A program made the position numbers and the translations under genes. Under the pieces are notes generated by a model. That model did not search any database, was not told where the DNA came from, and saw nothing but the letters and a program-made list of their open reading frames with translations. A stretch of 64,000 bases of DNA, from positions 1,449-65,448 of the forward strand of contig JBCBDL010000005.1 in NCBI GenBank assembly GCA_038529695.1. Reading direction: 5' to 3'. Shown piece by piece: positions 19,248 through 28,135 of this stretch. Every line of letters begins with the position of its first letter. Position 1 is the first letter of the stretch. Source of the DNA: Pseudomonadota bacterium (GTDB lineage Bacteria > Pseudomonadota > Alphaproteobacteria > Rhodobacterales > Rhodobacteraceae).

Positions 19248-20552
19248 TTGCCCGATCGCCGATTAACCGGTTCTCGTATTCGTGAAAAGCGCCTTGATCA
19301 AGGTTTGCGTCAAGCAGCGGTTGCAGAAGCCGTTGGGATTTCACCGTCTTATCTGAATTTGATCGAACATAACCGCCGCAGAATCGGCGGTAAGCTGCTG
19401 TCAGACCTCGCCCGTGTATTAGGCGTTGAAACCGCACTTTTGACCGAAGGCGCCGATAGCGACCTGCTGGACCAGATGCGCGCGGCGGCAGCAATTGCGG
19501 GGTCCGTTGCCGAAGTCGCGCGGGCGGATGAACTGGCCGCGCGCTATCCAGGCTGGGGTCGCCTGATCGCGATGCAGGCGCGTCGCCTTGCAGCGTTGGA
19601 GGAGCGGGTCCAGGCGCTCAATGACCGGATCGCCCACGATCCCCAATTGTCAACGGCGCTTCACGAAGTGATCTCAGCCGTGACAGCGATCCGCTCTTCC
19701 TCTTCCATTCTTGTTGGTCAGGAAGAGCTTGATGAGGACTGGCAGCGGCGTTTCCATGAGAACATTCATAGTGACAGTGTCCGTCTCGCGGCCAGTAGTG
19801 AGGCATTGATCGCGTATCTTGAAACGCCGGATGCGGATGAAGATGCCGGGTCGACGGCCCATGAAAAGGTCGAAAAGCATTTGGCGCAGACAGGTTTCCA
19901 TATAGCCGATCTGGAAACAGCTAGCCCGGATGTCGCATCATTTGTCGGCTCTTGCGGATTTGAAGGTGCTGCTGCCCAATTGATGGCACGGTTCGCCACA
20001 CAATACGCGGCGGATGCGCGGGCCATGCCATTGACTGAGTTCGAGTTGGCTTGCCACGCAACACAATATGACCCTGGCCGCCTGGCGGAGCGGTTTGGTG
20101 TCGCTCTGGACGCGGTGTTGCGCCGCATTGCTTCACTGCCACAAGGTGGCGGGCATCCACCATCGGGCTTGGTCGTCTGCGACAGTTCTGGTGCGTCTTT
20201 GTTTACCAAACCGGTTCCAGGCTTTGCGCTCCCGCGCACTGGTGGCGCTTGCCCGCTTTGGCCGGTTTTTGGCGCGCTTGGCCGTCCGACACAGCCCTTG
20301 CGCGTTGAAGTTGCCTTGCCTAGCGTCCCGACACCAAGGTTTTTGTGCTATGCGATTGCCGTTCCCATCGCGTCGTCTCGTTTTGATGCGCCGCCAGTTT
20401 TACATAGCACGATGCTTGTTTTGCCTGACCCGCCACAAGGTGATCGCGCACCGGTAGAGGTTGGTGTTTCCTGCCGTATCTGCCCACGCACAACCTGCCA
20501 AAGTCGACGTGAGCCAGCCATTGAAGGTGTCGCCCTGCAAACCGCACTTTGA
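19248..20552 (+). CDS. XRE-family short-chain fatty acyl-CoA regulator (ScfR/RamB/PccR/PrpR-like)
   Basis: N-terminal HTH 'GISPSYLNLIEHNRRRI'; C-terminal 'GACPLW' and 'CRICPRTTC..RREP'; TTG start after AAGGGA. Confidence 0.88.
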   Translation: MPDRRLTGSRIREKRLDQGLRQAAVAEAVGISPSYLNLIEHNRRRIGGKLLSDLARVLGVETALLTEGADSDLLDQMRAAAAIAGSVAEVARADELAARYPGWGRLIAMQARRLAALEERVQALNDRIAHDPQLSTALHEVISAVTAIRSSSSILVGQEELDEDWQRRFHENIHSDSVRLAASSEALIAYLETPDADEDAGSTAHEKVEKHLAQTGFHIADLETASPDVASFVGSCGFEGAAAQLMARFATQYAADARAMPLTEFELACHATQYDPGRLAERFGVALDAVLRRIASLPQGGGHPPSGLVVCDSSGASLFTKPVPGFALPRTGGACPLWPVFGALGRPTQPLRVEVALPSVPTPRFLCYAIAVPIASSRFDAPPVLHSTMLVLPDPPQGDRAPVEVGVSCRICPRTTCQSRREPAIEGVALQTAL

Positions 20553-20630
20553 CAGATTGGCAGAATGCCTTGATAGTCGCCCGCAGGGAGGCCGTTTTCG
20601 CAAGCGGTATGGTAAAAGGGAGGCGATGAG

Positions 20631-20999
20631 ATGGGCAAACGTGTCCTTCTGATCGAGGATGAGCCGAACATTATTGAGGCGATCAGCTTTATTTTGTCAC
20701 GTGATGGTTGGACGGTGCATACACACGAAGACGGTGAAACGGCGATGGACAAGATCGCACATATGCCTCCTGATATGATCATCCTTGATGTGATGCTGCC
20801 CGGTCGCAGCGGTTTTGACATCTTGCGGGATCTGCGCAGCCACAGCGCGTCCAAGGACATTCCGGTCATGATGCTGACGGCACGCGGCCAGGAAAAGGAC
20901 CGTGAATTGGCGCTGCGACTGGGTGCCAATCATTTCATGACCAAGCCGTTTTCAAACGCGGATGTGCGCGACCATGTCCGCAGCCTGATGGAGGCATGA
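20631..20999 (+). CDS. Single-domain response regulator (REC only)
   Basis: 'LIEDE', 'LDVMLP', 'LTA', 'TKPF'; 122 aa with no output domain. Confidence 0.93.
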   Translation: MGKRVLLIEDEPNIIEAISFILSRDGWTVHTHEDGETAMDKIAHMPPDMIILDVMLPGRSGFDILRDLRSHSASKDIPVMMLTARGQEKDRELALRLGANHFMTKPFSNADVRDHVRSLMEA

Positions 21000-21268
21000 G
21001 CACGCCGCCCAAGCCCGCGATTTTTCTTGAGCGCACAAGCTACAAACAGCGCAGACTGACCGATGCAGTACGCTTGCTGCCGTTTCTGGGTCTGGTTTTG
21101 TGGGCAATTCCATTGCTGTGGAGTGCCGAAGACGAGGCGGGTCCATCGAATGCCGATGCCTTACTTTATGTATTTGGCGTTTGGGTCCTGCTGATTGGGC
21201 TGAGCGCGATCATCATCGGCCGATTGCAGGACGATGATGCCGTGCAACCTTCGGACAGTGCTGAGTAA
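20996..21268 (+). CDS. Small two-TM membrane protein
   Basis: 90 aa; ATGA overlap with the REC gene and TAATG overlap with the kinase gene. Confidence 0.75.
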   Translation: MSTPPKPAIFLERTSYKQRRLTDAVRLLPFLGLVLWAIPLLWSAEDEAGPSNADALLYVFGVWVLLIGLSAIIIGRLQDDDAVQPSDSAE

Positions 21269-23964
21269 TGCTGTCCTTTAACGCCCTGATCTTTGCAGCG
21301 CTCAGCTATGTGGCGATTCTGTTTTCGGTCGCCTTTCTGGCTGAACGCCGTGCGGCGGCCGGGCATTCGGACTGGCTGCAATCGCCTTTGATTTACACAT
21401 TGTCGCTGAGCATCTACTGCACGGCTTGGACGTTTTATGGTGCGGTTGGATATGCCGCGCGCTCGGGGCTCGAATTTGTGACGATCTATCTTGGTCCCAC
21501 CCTTGTCATGGTGGGATGGTGGTGGATCTTGCGGCGGCTGGTGCGGATAGGTCGGTCGCAGCGCCTGACTTCAATCGCTGACCTGATCTCGTCCCGTTTC
21601 GGGAAATCAACCCTGCTGGGCGTGGTTGTCACGGTGATCTCGGTCATCGCGGCAACACCCTATATTGCCCTGCAATTGCAATCGGTCACGCTGTCCTTTG
21701 CTGTTTTTGCCCAGTCGGGGGCCGAGACATGGGACAGCTCTGACTTCAACGCAACGGCGATGTGGGTGGCCGTAGGTCTGGCCGTCTTCACGGTGCTTTT
21801 TGGTACCCGGAACCTGGACGTGAACGAACGTCACCACGGTATCGTGATGGCGATCGCTGTCGAGGCGGTTGTGAAGTTGCTCGCGCTTGTCGCGGTTGGC
21901 GTCTTTGTCGTCTGGGGTGTCGCAGGTGGCCCCGCAGAGATGCTGACACGTATTGATCATTCCGAAATCACCTTATGGGATCAGGATCATGGCCGCTGGA
22001 TCAGCCTGATCTTTCTGTCGGCGGCGGCGTTCTTGTGTTTGCCGCGAATGTTTCAGGTGCTGGTGGTGGAAAATGCGGATGAGCGGCACCTGCGTGTCGC
22101 CAGCTGGGCATTCCCGCTTTATCTGTTTTTGATGAGCCTGTTTGTGGTGCCCATTGCCGTGGTCGGGCTTGACCTGCTGCCTGCGGGCAGCAACCCGGAC
22201 CTTTTCGTGCTGACTGTACCATTGGCGGAAGGACGTGACGGTTTGGCGGTGTTGTCTTTTCTGGGCGGATTTTCTTCTGCCACCTCCATGGTGATCGTGG
22301 CCACGATTGCGCTGGCGACCATGGTGTCGAACCACATCGTCGTGCCCGTCTGGCTGAGCTTGCAGACCAATCAACAGGCGATGATGTCGGGTGATGTGCG
22401 GCATGTGATCCTGTTGGCGCGCAGGTTGTCGATCGCGGGCGTTTTGGCGCTTGGGTTCATCTATTACCGGATGTCCGGTGGGGGCACCGCACTTGCCGCA
22501 ATCGGTTTGGTGTCGTTTACCGGGACAGTGCAGGTCTTGCCGGCGTTGATCGGTGGGATTTTCTGGCGAGGTGCCACACGGGTTGGGGCGGCGTGCGGGT
22601 TGGTGACCGGCCTTGTCATCTGGACATGGACATTGTTTTTGCCGAGCTTTGGAGTGGGTGCTGTCATCGGCCAATCGGTTATGGAAATAGGCCCATTTGG
22701 TATCAGCTGGCTGCGCCCGCAGGCCCTATTCGGTATCGAGGGGATGGACCCGTTGGTGCATGGCATTTTGTGGTCGATGCTCTTGAATGCGGGCATGTTC
22801 GTTTTGGGTTCACTCATGAGCTTTCCGGCACCATTGGAGCGGCTACAGGGCGCGCAATTCGTCAATGTGTTCGAACGCTCTGCAGCGGCGCCTGCATGGA
22901 CGCGTGGTGCAGCGGGTGCCGAGGACCTGCTGGTGATGTCGCAGCGCATTCTTGGAAGTCGCGAGGCCCAGGCGATTTTTGAGCGTGAGGCGGAGCGACA
23001 GGGCCTAAATGGTTATCTTCCTGAGGCAACGCCGGAATTCATCGAAAAGCTGGAACGTGAGCTTGCCGGGTCAGTTGGTGCCGCGACAGCACATGCGATG
23101 ATTGGTCAGCTGACCGGTGGCAGCGTTGTTTCGGTTGAAGATCTGATTGCCGTCGCTGACGAGGCGGCCCAAATCCTTGAATATTCCAACCGGTTAGAGG
23201 CGAAATCAGCCGAACAGGAACGCACCGCGCGTGCATTGCGCGACGCCAATGCAAAGCTCACGGCTTTGTCGATCCAGAAAGATGCCTTTCTTAGCCAGAT
23301 CAGCCACGAACTACGCACGCCGATGACCTCGATCCGGTCGTTTTCCGAAATTTTGCGGGACGGTGCGATGTCCGCAGCAGAGCAGGGGCGTTATGCCGGG
23401 ATCATTCATGACGAAGCCATTCGTTTGACGCGCCTGCTGGATGATCTGCTTGATTTGTCGGTGCTTGAAAACGGACAAGTGGTATTGAATGAACAGACGG
23501 GTGATCTGTCGGCCCTGCTGGATCGTGCGATAGGTGCCGCGGGCCTGCATGATGGCGGGTTGCAGATTGTTCGCGACCGAGATGACGAGGCGATCAGGCT
23601 GACGGCGGATCTGGATCGGCTGGTGCAGGTCTTTATCAACCTGATATCAAATGCGCGCAAATACTGTGATGCGGACGCACCGCAGCTGACGATTTCGGTG
23701 AAGGGCGCACACGACGCCTACCATGTTGATTTTATGGACAATGGCAGCGGCATCGCGCCTGAAAACGAACAACTGATCTTTGAAAAATTTTCGCGCGTGT
23801 CTGACCAATCAAAGGCCGGTGGGGCGGGGCTTGGTCTTGCGATTTGTCGTGAGATTATGAACCGTTTGGGTGGCGATGTCGATTATGTGCGTCGGCCAGC
23901 GGGTGCGGCATTTCGTGTGACGTTGCCCAAGGCCATGATGGGGGCGGCGTTAGCGGAAACGTAA
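21268..23964 (+). CDS. SLC5 (Na+/solute symporter)-STAC-histidine kinase, CrbS/CbrA-like, without REC or PAS
   Basis: 'LSLSIYCTAWTFYGAVG' SLC5 motif, multi-TM N-terminal half, STAC-like 'LAGSVGAATA', H-box 'SHELRTP', N/G boxes. Confidence 0.9.
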   Translation: MLSFNALIFAALSYVAILFSVAFLAERRAAAGHSDWLQSPLIYTLSLSIYCTAWTFYGAVGYAARSGLEFVTIYLGPTLVMVGWWWILRRLVRIGRSQRLTSIADLISSRFGKSTLLGVVVTVISVIAATPYIALQLQSVTLSFAVFAQSGAETWDSSDFNATAMWVAVGLAVFTVLFGTRNLDVNERHHGIVMAIAVEAVVKLLALVAVGVFVVWGVAGGPAEMLTRIDHSEITLWDQDHGRWISLIFLSAAAFLCLPRMFQVLVVENADERHLRVASWAFPLYLFLMSLFVVPIAVVGLDLLPAGSNPDLFVLTVPLAEGRDGLAVLSFLGGFSSATSMVIVATIALATMVSNHIVVPVWLSLQTNQQAMMSGDVRHVILLARRLSIAGVLALGFIYYRMSGGGTALAAIGLVSFTGTVQVLPALIGGIFWRGATRVGAACGLVTGLVIWTWTLFLPSFGVGAVIGQSVMEIGPFGISWLRPQALFGIEGMDPLVHGILWSMLLNAGMFVLGSLMSFPAPLERLQGAQFVNVFERSAAAPAWTRGAAGAEDLLVMSQRILGSREAQAIFEREAERQGLNGYLPEATPEFIEKLERELAGSVGAATAHAMIGQLTGGSVVSVEDLIAVADEAAQILEYSNRLEAKSAEQERTARALRDANAKLTALSIQKDAFLSQISHELRTPMTSIRSFSEILRDGAMSAAEQGRYAGIIHDEAIRLTRLLDDLLDLSVLENGQVVLNEQTGDLSALLDRAIGAAGLHDGGLQIVRDRDDEAIRLTADLDRLVQVFINLISNARKYCDADAPQLTISVKGAHDAYHVDFMDNGSGIAPENEQLIFEKFSRVSDQSKAGGAGLGLAICREIMNRLGGDVDYVRRPAGAAFRVTLPKAMMGAALAET

Positions 23965-24009
23965 CCACTCTTTGGCTATTGTCTGGCGCGAACATCTGGT
24001 GACGGGGCT

Positions 24010-25125
24010 ATGGCCGATCAACAACATACAAGTATCCTGCGCCGCATGGCAGGGCGCCAAGGTCAGGATGTTGGGCAAAACCCGCTGACATCCTCGCGGG
24101 CCGTGCGGATTGCTTTGACGAAGGTCGCGCAGGATAGCGTGGGCCTGAACCTGACGGTGGGGTCAATCGACGAAGTTGTCCAACCTCTGGATGATATGCT
24201 GGCGGAACTGTCCGACGACCTGATGCTTGTCGCGCTCAGGCGGGGCGGCAATTTGGCGGGTTTGGCCGCGGTCGATATGCAATTGCGGGCCGCCGTGGTC
24301 GAAATGCAGACTGTGCGCGCAGTCGCCGAAAAACCGGTTGAGTCACGCGCCGCGACCCGTACTGACAAGCGCATGTGCGATCCATTGTTGAACGGATTGA
24401 TAGCGACGCTGCCGCATGCGGTGGCGGGCACCGAATTCGAAGGATGGCTGGACAATGCGTCGCCCGGTGAGATGCTGCAATCAGTCCGCAGTGCGGGATT
24501 GGTTTTGGATGATCATTCGTATCGTGTGCTGCGCTTGCAGGTCACATTGGCCGGTGGCGGGCGCGAGGGGATGATTGCATTGATCCTGCCCCTACTGACA
24601 CAACACATCGCGCCTGCAGCTCCAGTATCTGATAAGATCGATTGGCCGATGGCCTTTCAGGCCACGGTTTGCGAAGCACCTTTGGCATTTGACGCAGAGT
24701 TATGCCGGTTTGACATGCCCATTGGACAGGCCGAAAATCTTTCGGTTGGTGATCTGATCCCGTTAGAGGGATGTACAGTCGCATCTGTCCAGCTGCGTGC
24801 GCTAGACGGACAAGCGATCCGGCACGCCCGTCTGGGTCAGTCAAATGGCAGGCGGGCGATCCGTATTGCGCCGCAGGAACTGCCGGATATGGAAGAGTTG
24901 ACACCCTTGCCCGGCGATGCGCTTGCGGCTGGCTTGTCTCAGGCATTGTCATCTGATGATGCGCTTGGATCACTTGTTTCTGATCCTTTGATGGCAAACG
25001 AGAGTGCTTTGGACGAGGATTCGCTGGGCGGCAGCATGCAGGATGAATTCGAAGCCATACCGTCGGAGGGTGAAGAACCTGATTTTCCGATCGCGCAGGT
25101 TGCACTTGCCGATATCGATGGTTAG
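24010..25125 (+). CDS. fliM: FliM/FliN-family flagellar switch protein (FliM-like)
   Basis: C-terminal SpoA/FliMN_C-like 'LSVGDLIPL...LGQSNGRRAIRI'; CheC-like middle; acidic tail. Confidence 0.65.
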   Translation: MADQQHTSILRRMAGRQGQDVGQNPLTSSRAVRIALTKVAQDSVGLNLTVGSIDEVVQPLDDMLAELSDDLMLVALRRGGNLAGLAAVDMQLRAAVVEMQTVRAVAEKPVESRAATRTDKRMCDPLLNGLIATLPHAVAGTEFEGWLDNASPGEMLQSVRSAGLVLDDHSYRVLRLQVTLAGGGREGMIALILPLLTQHIAPAAPVSDKIDWPMAFQATVCEAPLAFDAELCRFDMPIGQAENLSVGDLIPLEGCTVASVQLRALDGQAIRHARLGQSNGRRAIRIAPQELPDMEELTPLPGDALAAGLSQALSSDDALGSLVSDPLMANESALDEDSLGGSMQDEFEAIPSEGEEPDFPIAQVALADIDG

Positions 25126-25137
25126 GGCACCATCGAT
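25114..25137. terminator. Hairpin spanning the fliM stop codon
   Basis: ATCGATGGT-TAGGGC-ACCATCGAT; no clear T tract. Confidence 0.35.
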
Positions 25138-25548
25138 CTACAAATAGAGACTTTGACGTCGCTCACCCGCCGGGCGTACCGGCCGGACTTCACTGAATAA
25201 TCCTGCATGTCCCGCTCCAACGGCGCGTTATCGATTTGGCAACATGGTACATCTGCTCCTTCAGCAATGACGGCTGCCGTTGTCGAACTATGGCTTAAAT
25301 GTCGATGGGTCCGATCATGGCCGATGTCACGCGCGTTTTGCGCCGTTACCCGCCGGTTCTGAATTTCGTCAGCAAATGCCGCGGCCCGAAAAGATGACGT
25401 ATCAGCGGTGTGTACAGCATGGGTGTTCGTTCAGATGATCCGTCACTGACGCGACTGTCTTGATTGATGCGCGCCGCACAAACCATGGCTCTTTGCGCAG
25501 GCCCGCGCCGTTGGACGTGGTCCGTTATCATAGTGGTCTGCGCGACAA

Positions 25549-25977
25549 TTACCTGTCGGCGGCGAGGGCGTCGATCTGTCCGCGCATTCCAGCCAGATCA
25601 TAACCAACTGCCGCCGTTGCGGCGATAATCTCATCTGTGGGTAGTGCACCGGCCTGGCTCAACGACCATACGATGGATGAGCGCGTGCCGGAGGCACAAT
25701 AGGCGAGCGATGGCCCCGATGATTCCTCCATCGCGATTTTTTGTGCATGCACCATATCAAGGTTCAGCCCTTGATGTGTGACCGGGACCGCTACAAATCC
25801 CAAACCGGCAGCCTTGGCAGCAGCCTCAATCGCGGCGGCCTGGTGAGTAGGGGGGACCTCGGCATCCGGGCGGTTGCAAATAATGGTCGTGAAACCAGCC
25901 GCGGCGATTGCCGGAATGTCTTCGACCGCAATCTGGGGCGACACCGCGTGGGTCTGGCTAAGCTGTCTGATATCCAT
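25549..25977 (-). CDS. TIGR01244/DUF442 family sulfurtransferase
   Basis: 'IICNRPD.E', active-site loop 'AYCASGTRS'. Confidence 0.9.
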   Translation of the reverse strand: MDIRQLSQTHAVSPQIAVEDIPAIAAAGFTTIICNRPDAEVPPTHQAAAIEAAAKAAGLGFVAVPVTHQGLNLDMVHAQKIAMEESSGPSLAYCASGTRSSIVWSLSQAGALPTDEIIAATAAVGYDLAGMRGQIDALAADR

Positions 25978-25987
25978 AATCGTCCTT

Positions 25988-26419
25988 TTAGACAGTGGCT
26001 GCATTTTGGTCCAGATGTTGGCGCAGCAGTGGCGCAAGCATCATGCCTGCAATCATCGCGGATACGAAAACAATGCCACCCGGACCGCCGAAACTGATTG
26101 AGGCCATAGCTGGTCCAGGGCAGAGGCCCGACAAGCCCCAACCCATGCCGAACAGAGTTGAGCCGATGACCAGGTTCTTTCCGAGCCGCTGATTTGGTGG
26201 GACGGGAAATGCTTGCGCCAAAACAGGCTGGCGGCGTTTGGTGAGACGCCACGCGACGGCCATGGGAACAATCGCACCGCCCATGACAAAGGCCAGTGTC
26301 GGGTCCCAATCACCAAAAACATCAAGCCATCCCTGTACCTTGGTTGTATCCGTCATCCCCGAAATAAGCAGACCAAGCCCGAAGAGCGCGCCGACCAAGA
26401 ATGCTGTGAACGTGCGCAT
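25988..26419 (-). CDS. YeeE/YedE family sulfur transport protein (second half)
   Basis: 'GLLISGM....KVQGWLD.FGDWDPTLAFVMGG', 'GWGLSGLCPGP'. Confidence 0.9.
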   Translation of the reverse strand: MRTFTAFLVGALFGLGLLISGMTDTTKVQGWLDVFGDWDPTLAFVMGGAIVPMAVAWRLTKRRQPVLAQAFPVPPNQRLGKNLVIGSTLFGMGWGLSGLCPGPAMASISFGGPGGIVFVSAMIAGMMLAPLLRQHLDQNAATV

Positions 26420-26844
26420 TAGATAACCCCCAGGAAATGTTTGAAGATTGCAACGGTGAGGCCACCCGCGCCAATGTAGAATACGGTTGCAACGATCCCG
26501 CGCAAGGATAGCCGCGAGATACCGCATACCCCGTGGCCCGACGTGCATCCATTGGCCAGCCTGGTGCCCGCGCCGACGAGCAGCCCCGCGGCAATGATGA
26601 CCGCCCAGTTGGCCGTCAAATGGGTGTCCGCCCCACCCATCATCATCGCGACAAAGCCGGGCAGAAAAACCAGACCGGTCAGAAACGCGCCACGTTCCGC
26701 CCAATCGGATTTTCCGCTGCCATCCACAAGACCGCCAATTATTCCCGATGCGCCCATGACGCGTCCATTGACCAAAAGCAGGATCGCCGCAGCCACACCG
26801 ATCAGGCCCCCACCAAGGAGGCCCATGACCCAATCACTTTGCAT
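26419..26844 (-). CDS. YeeE/YedE family sulfur transport protein (first half)
   Basis: 'NGRVMGASGI', 'GTRLANGCTSGHGVCGISR'. Confidence 0.9.
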   Translation of the reverse strand: MQSDWVMGLLGGGLIGVAAAILLLVNGRVMGASGIIGGLVDGSGKSDWAERGAFLTGLVFLPGFVAMMMGGADTHLTANWAVIIAAGLLVGAGTRLANGCTSGHGVCGISRLSLRGIVATVFYIGAGGLTVAIFKHFLGVI

Positions 26845-26866
26845 ATCTTTTCCTTTGATTTCGCTG

Positions 26867-27730
26867 TCAAAGTCCGTTGATGGGCACTTTGAAATAGCGT
26901 TGTCCGTTGTCTTCGGGTTCGGGGAAATGCCCGGCACGCATATTGGTCTGCAGCGACGGCAGGATCAGCCGCGGCATGCCTAGCCCGGCATCACGTTTTT
27001 TGCGCATGGCGACGAATTCGTCCATTGGGCGGCCTGCGCCGATGTGGACATTCAGTGCCTTTTGCTCGCCGACGGTTGTTTCCCAGGCAAATTCATCCCG
27101 ACCTGGTGCCTTGTAATCGTGACCGACAAAGATCCGGGTGTCATCAGGTAGGGACAGGATCTTTTGGATGGAGGCATAAAGGTCCTCGGCGGATCCGCCG
27201 GGAAAATCGCAACGGGCCGTGCCAAAGTCCGGCATGAAAAGCGTATCACCGACAAATGCCGCATCGCCGATCACATAAGTCAGACAGGCCGGGGTGTGGC
27301 CTGGCGTATGCAGAACGTCGGCACGCATCTGCCCGATGTGAAAGCTGTCACCCTCTTCGAACAAGGCGTCAAATTGTGATCCGTCGCGTTGGAACTCGGT
27401 CCCTTCGTTGAAGACTTTGCCAAACGTGTCTTGCACAACCGTGATATTATGCCCAATACCGATCTTGCCGCCCAAATGCTCTTGCAAATATGGCGCGGCA
27501 GAGAGGTGATCTGCATGGACGTGGCTTTCGAGAATCCAGGCGACCTGCAAATCCTCTGCTCTAATCCAGGCAATGATTTCATCTGCTGATGATGTGTCAG
27601 TTCGCCCCGCTGCCTGATCATAATCAAGAACGCTGTCGATAATGGCGCATGCCCGACCCGCGGGGTCGCGCACGACGTATGAGACCGTATTCGTGGCTTC
27701 ATCAAAGAACGCTTTCACTTCTGGTGTCAT
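26867..27730 (-). CDS. MBL-fold persulfide dioxygenase (ETHE1/Blh-like)
   Basis: 'ESHVHADH', 'TPGHTPAC', 'GDTLFMPDFGTARCDFPGG', 'GHDY'. Confidence 0.9.
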   Translation of the reverse strand: MTPEVKAFFDEATNTVSYVVRDPAGRACAIIDSVLDYDQAAGRTDTSSADEIIAWIRAEDLQVAWILESHVHADHLSAAPYLQEHLGGKIGIGHNITVVQDTFGKVFNEGTEFQRDGSQFDALFEEGDSFHIGQMRADVLHTPGHTPACLTYVIGDAAFVGDTLFMPDFGTARCDFPGGSAEDLYASIQKILSLPDDTRIFVGHDYKAPGRDEFAWETTVGEQKALNVHIGAGRPMDEFVAMRKKRDAGLGMPRLILPSLQTNMRAGHFPEPEDNGQRYFKVPINGL

Positions 27731-27771
27731 GGCGAATCTCCTTTCCGGAATACCTTAGTCTCACAGCATAT

Positions 27772-27791
27772 ACATTTCAATATTGAAATGT
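27772..27791. promoter_or_regulatory. Perfect 20-bp palindrome, candidate BigR/SqrR operator
   Basis: ACATTTCAATATTGAAATGT in the 87-bp divergent spacer. Confidence 0.7.
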
Positions 27792-27817
27792 GTTTCTGCT
27801 TGGTGTAGTAGTTCTAC

Positions 27818-28135
27818 ATGACATTGCCTGCACAAAACATGATCGATCAAATGGACGCCGCAGCGGATGACGCGGCAGCGTTGCTAAAGGCGCTTTCAAA
27901 TCCCAGAAGGTTGCGGTTGCTTTGCGCCCTTGTTCCAGGCCCCAAATCAGTGGGAGAGCTTGAAGATCTGTTGGGAGCAAGCCAATCCTACGTGTCGGGA
28001 CAGCTGTTGCGGCTGCGTGCAGAGGGGCTGGTCAGCTGTGAACGGGAAGGACGCCACATGCGTTACGACCTGTCCGATCCGCGCGTCCGGCCGCTGCTGG
28101 AACGGATTTACGAGCTGTTTTGCCCTGACAGATAA
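27818..28135 (+). CDS. ArsR-family persulfide-sensing repressor (BigR/SqrR-like)
   Basis: 'LKALSNPRRL.LLC' and C-terminal 'YELFC' cysteine pair, 66 residues apart. Confidence 0.82.
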   Translation: MTLPAQNMIDQMDAAADDAAALLKALSNPRRLRLLCALVPGPKSVGELEDLLGASQSYVSGQLLRLRAEGLVSCEREGRHMRYDLSDPRVRPLLERIYELFCPDR

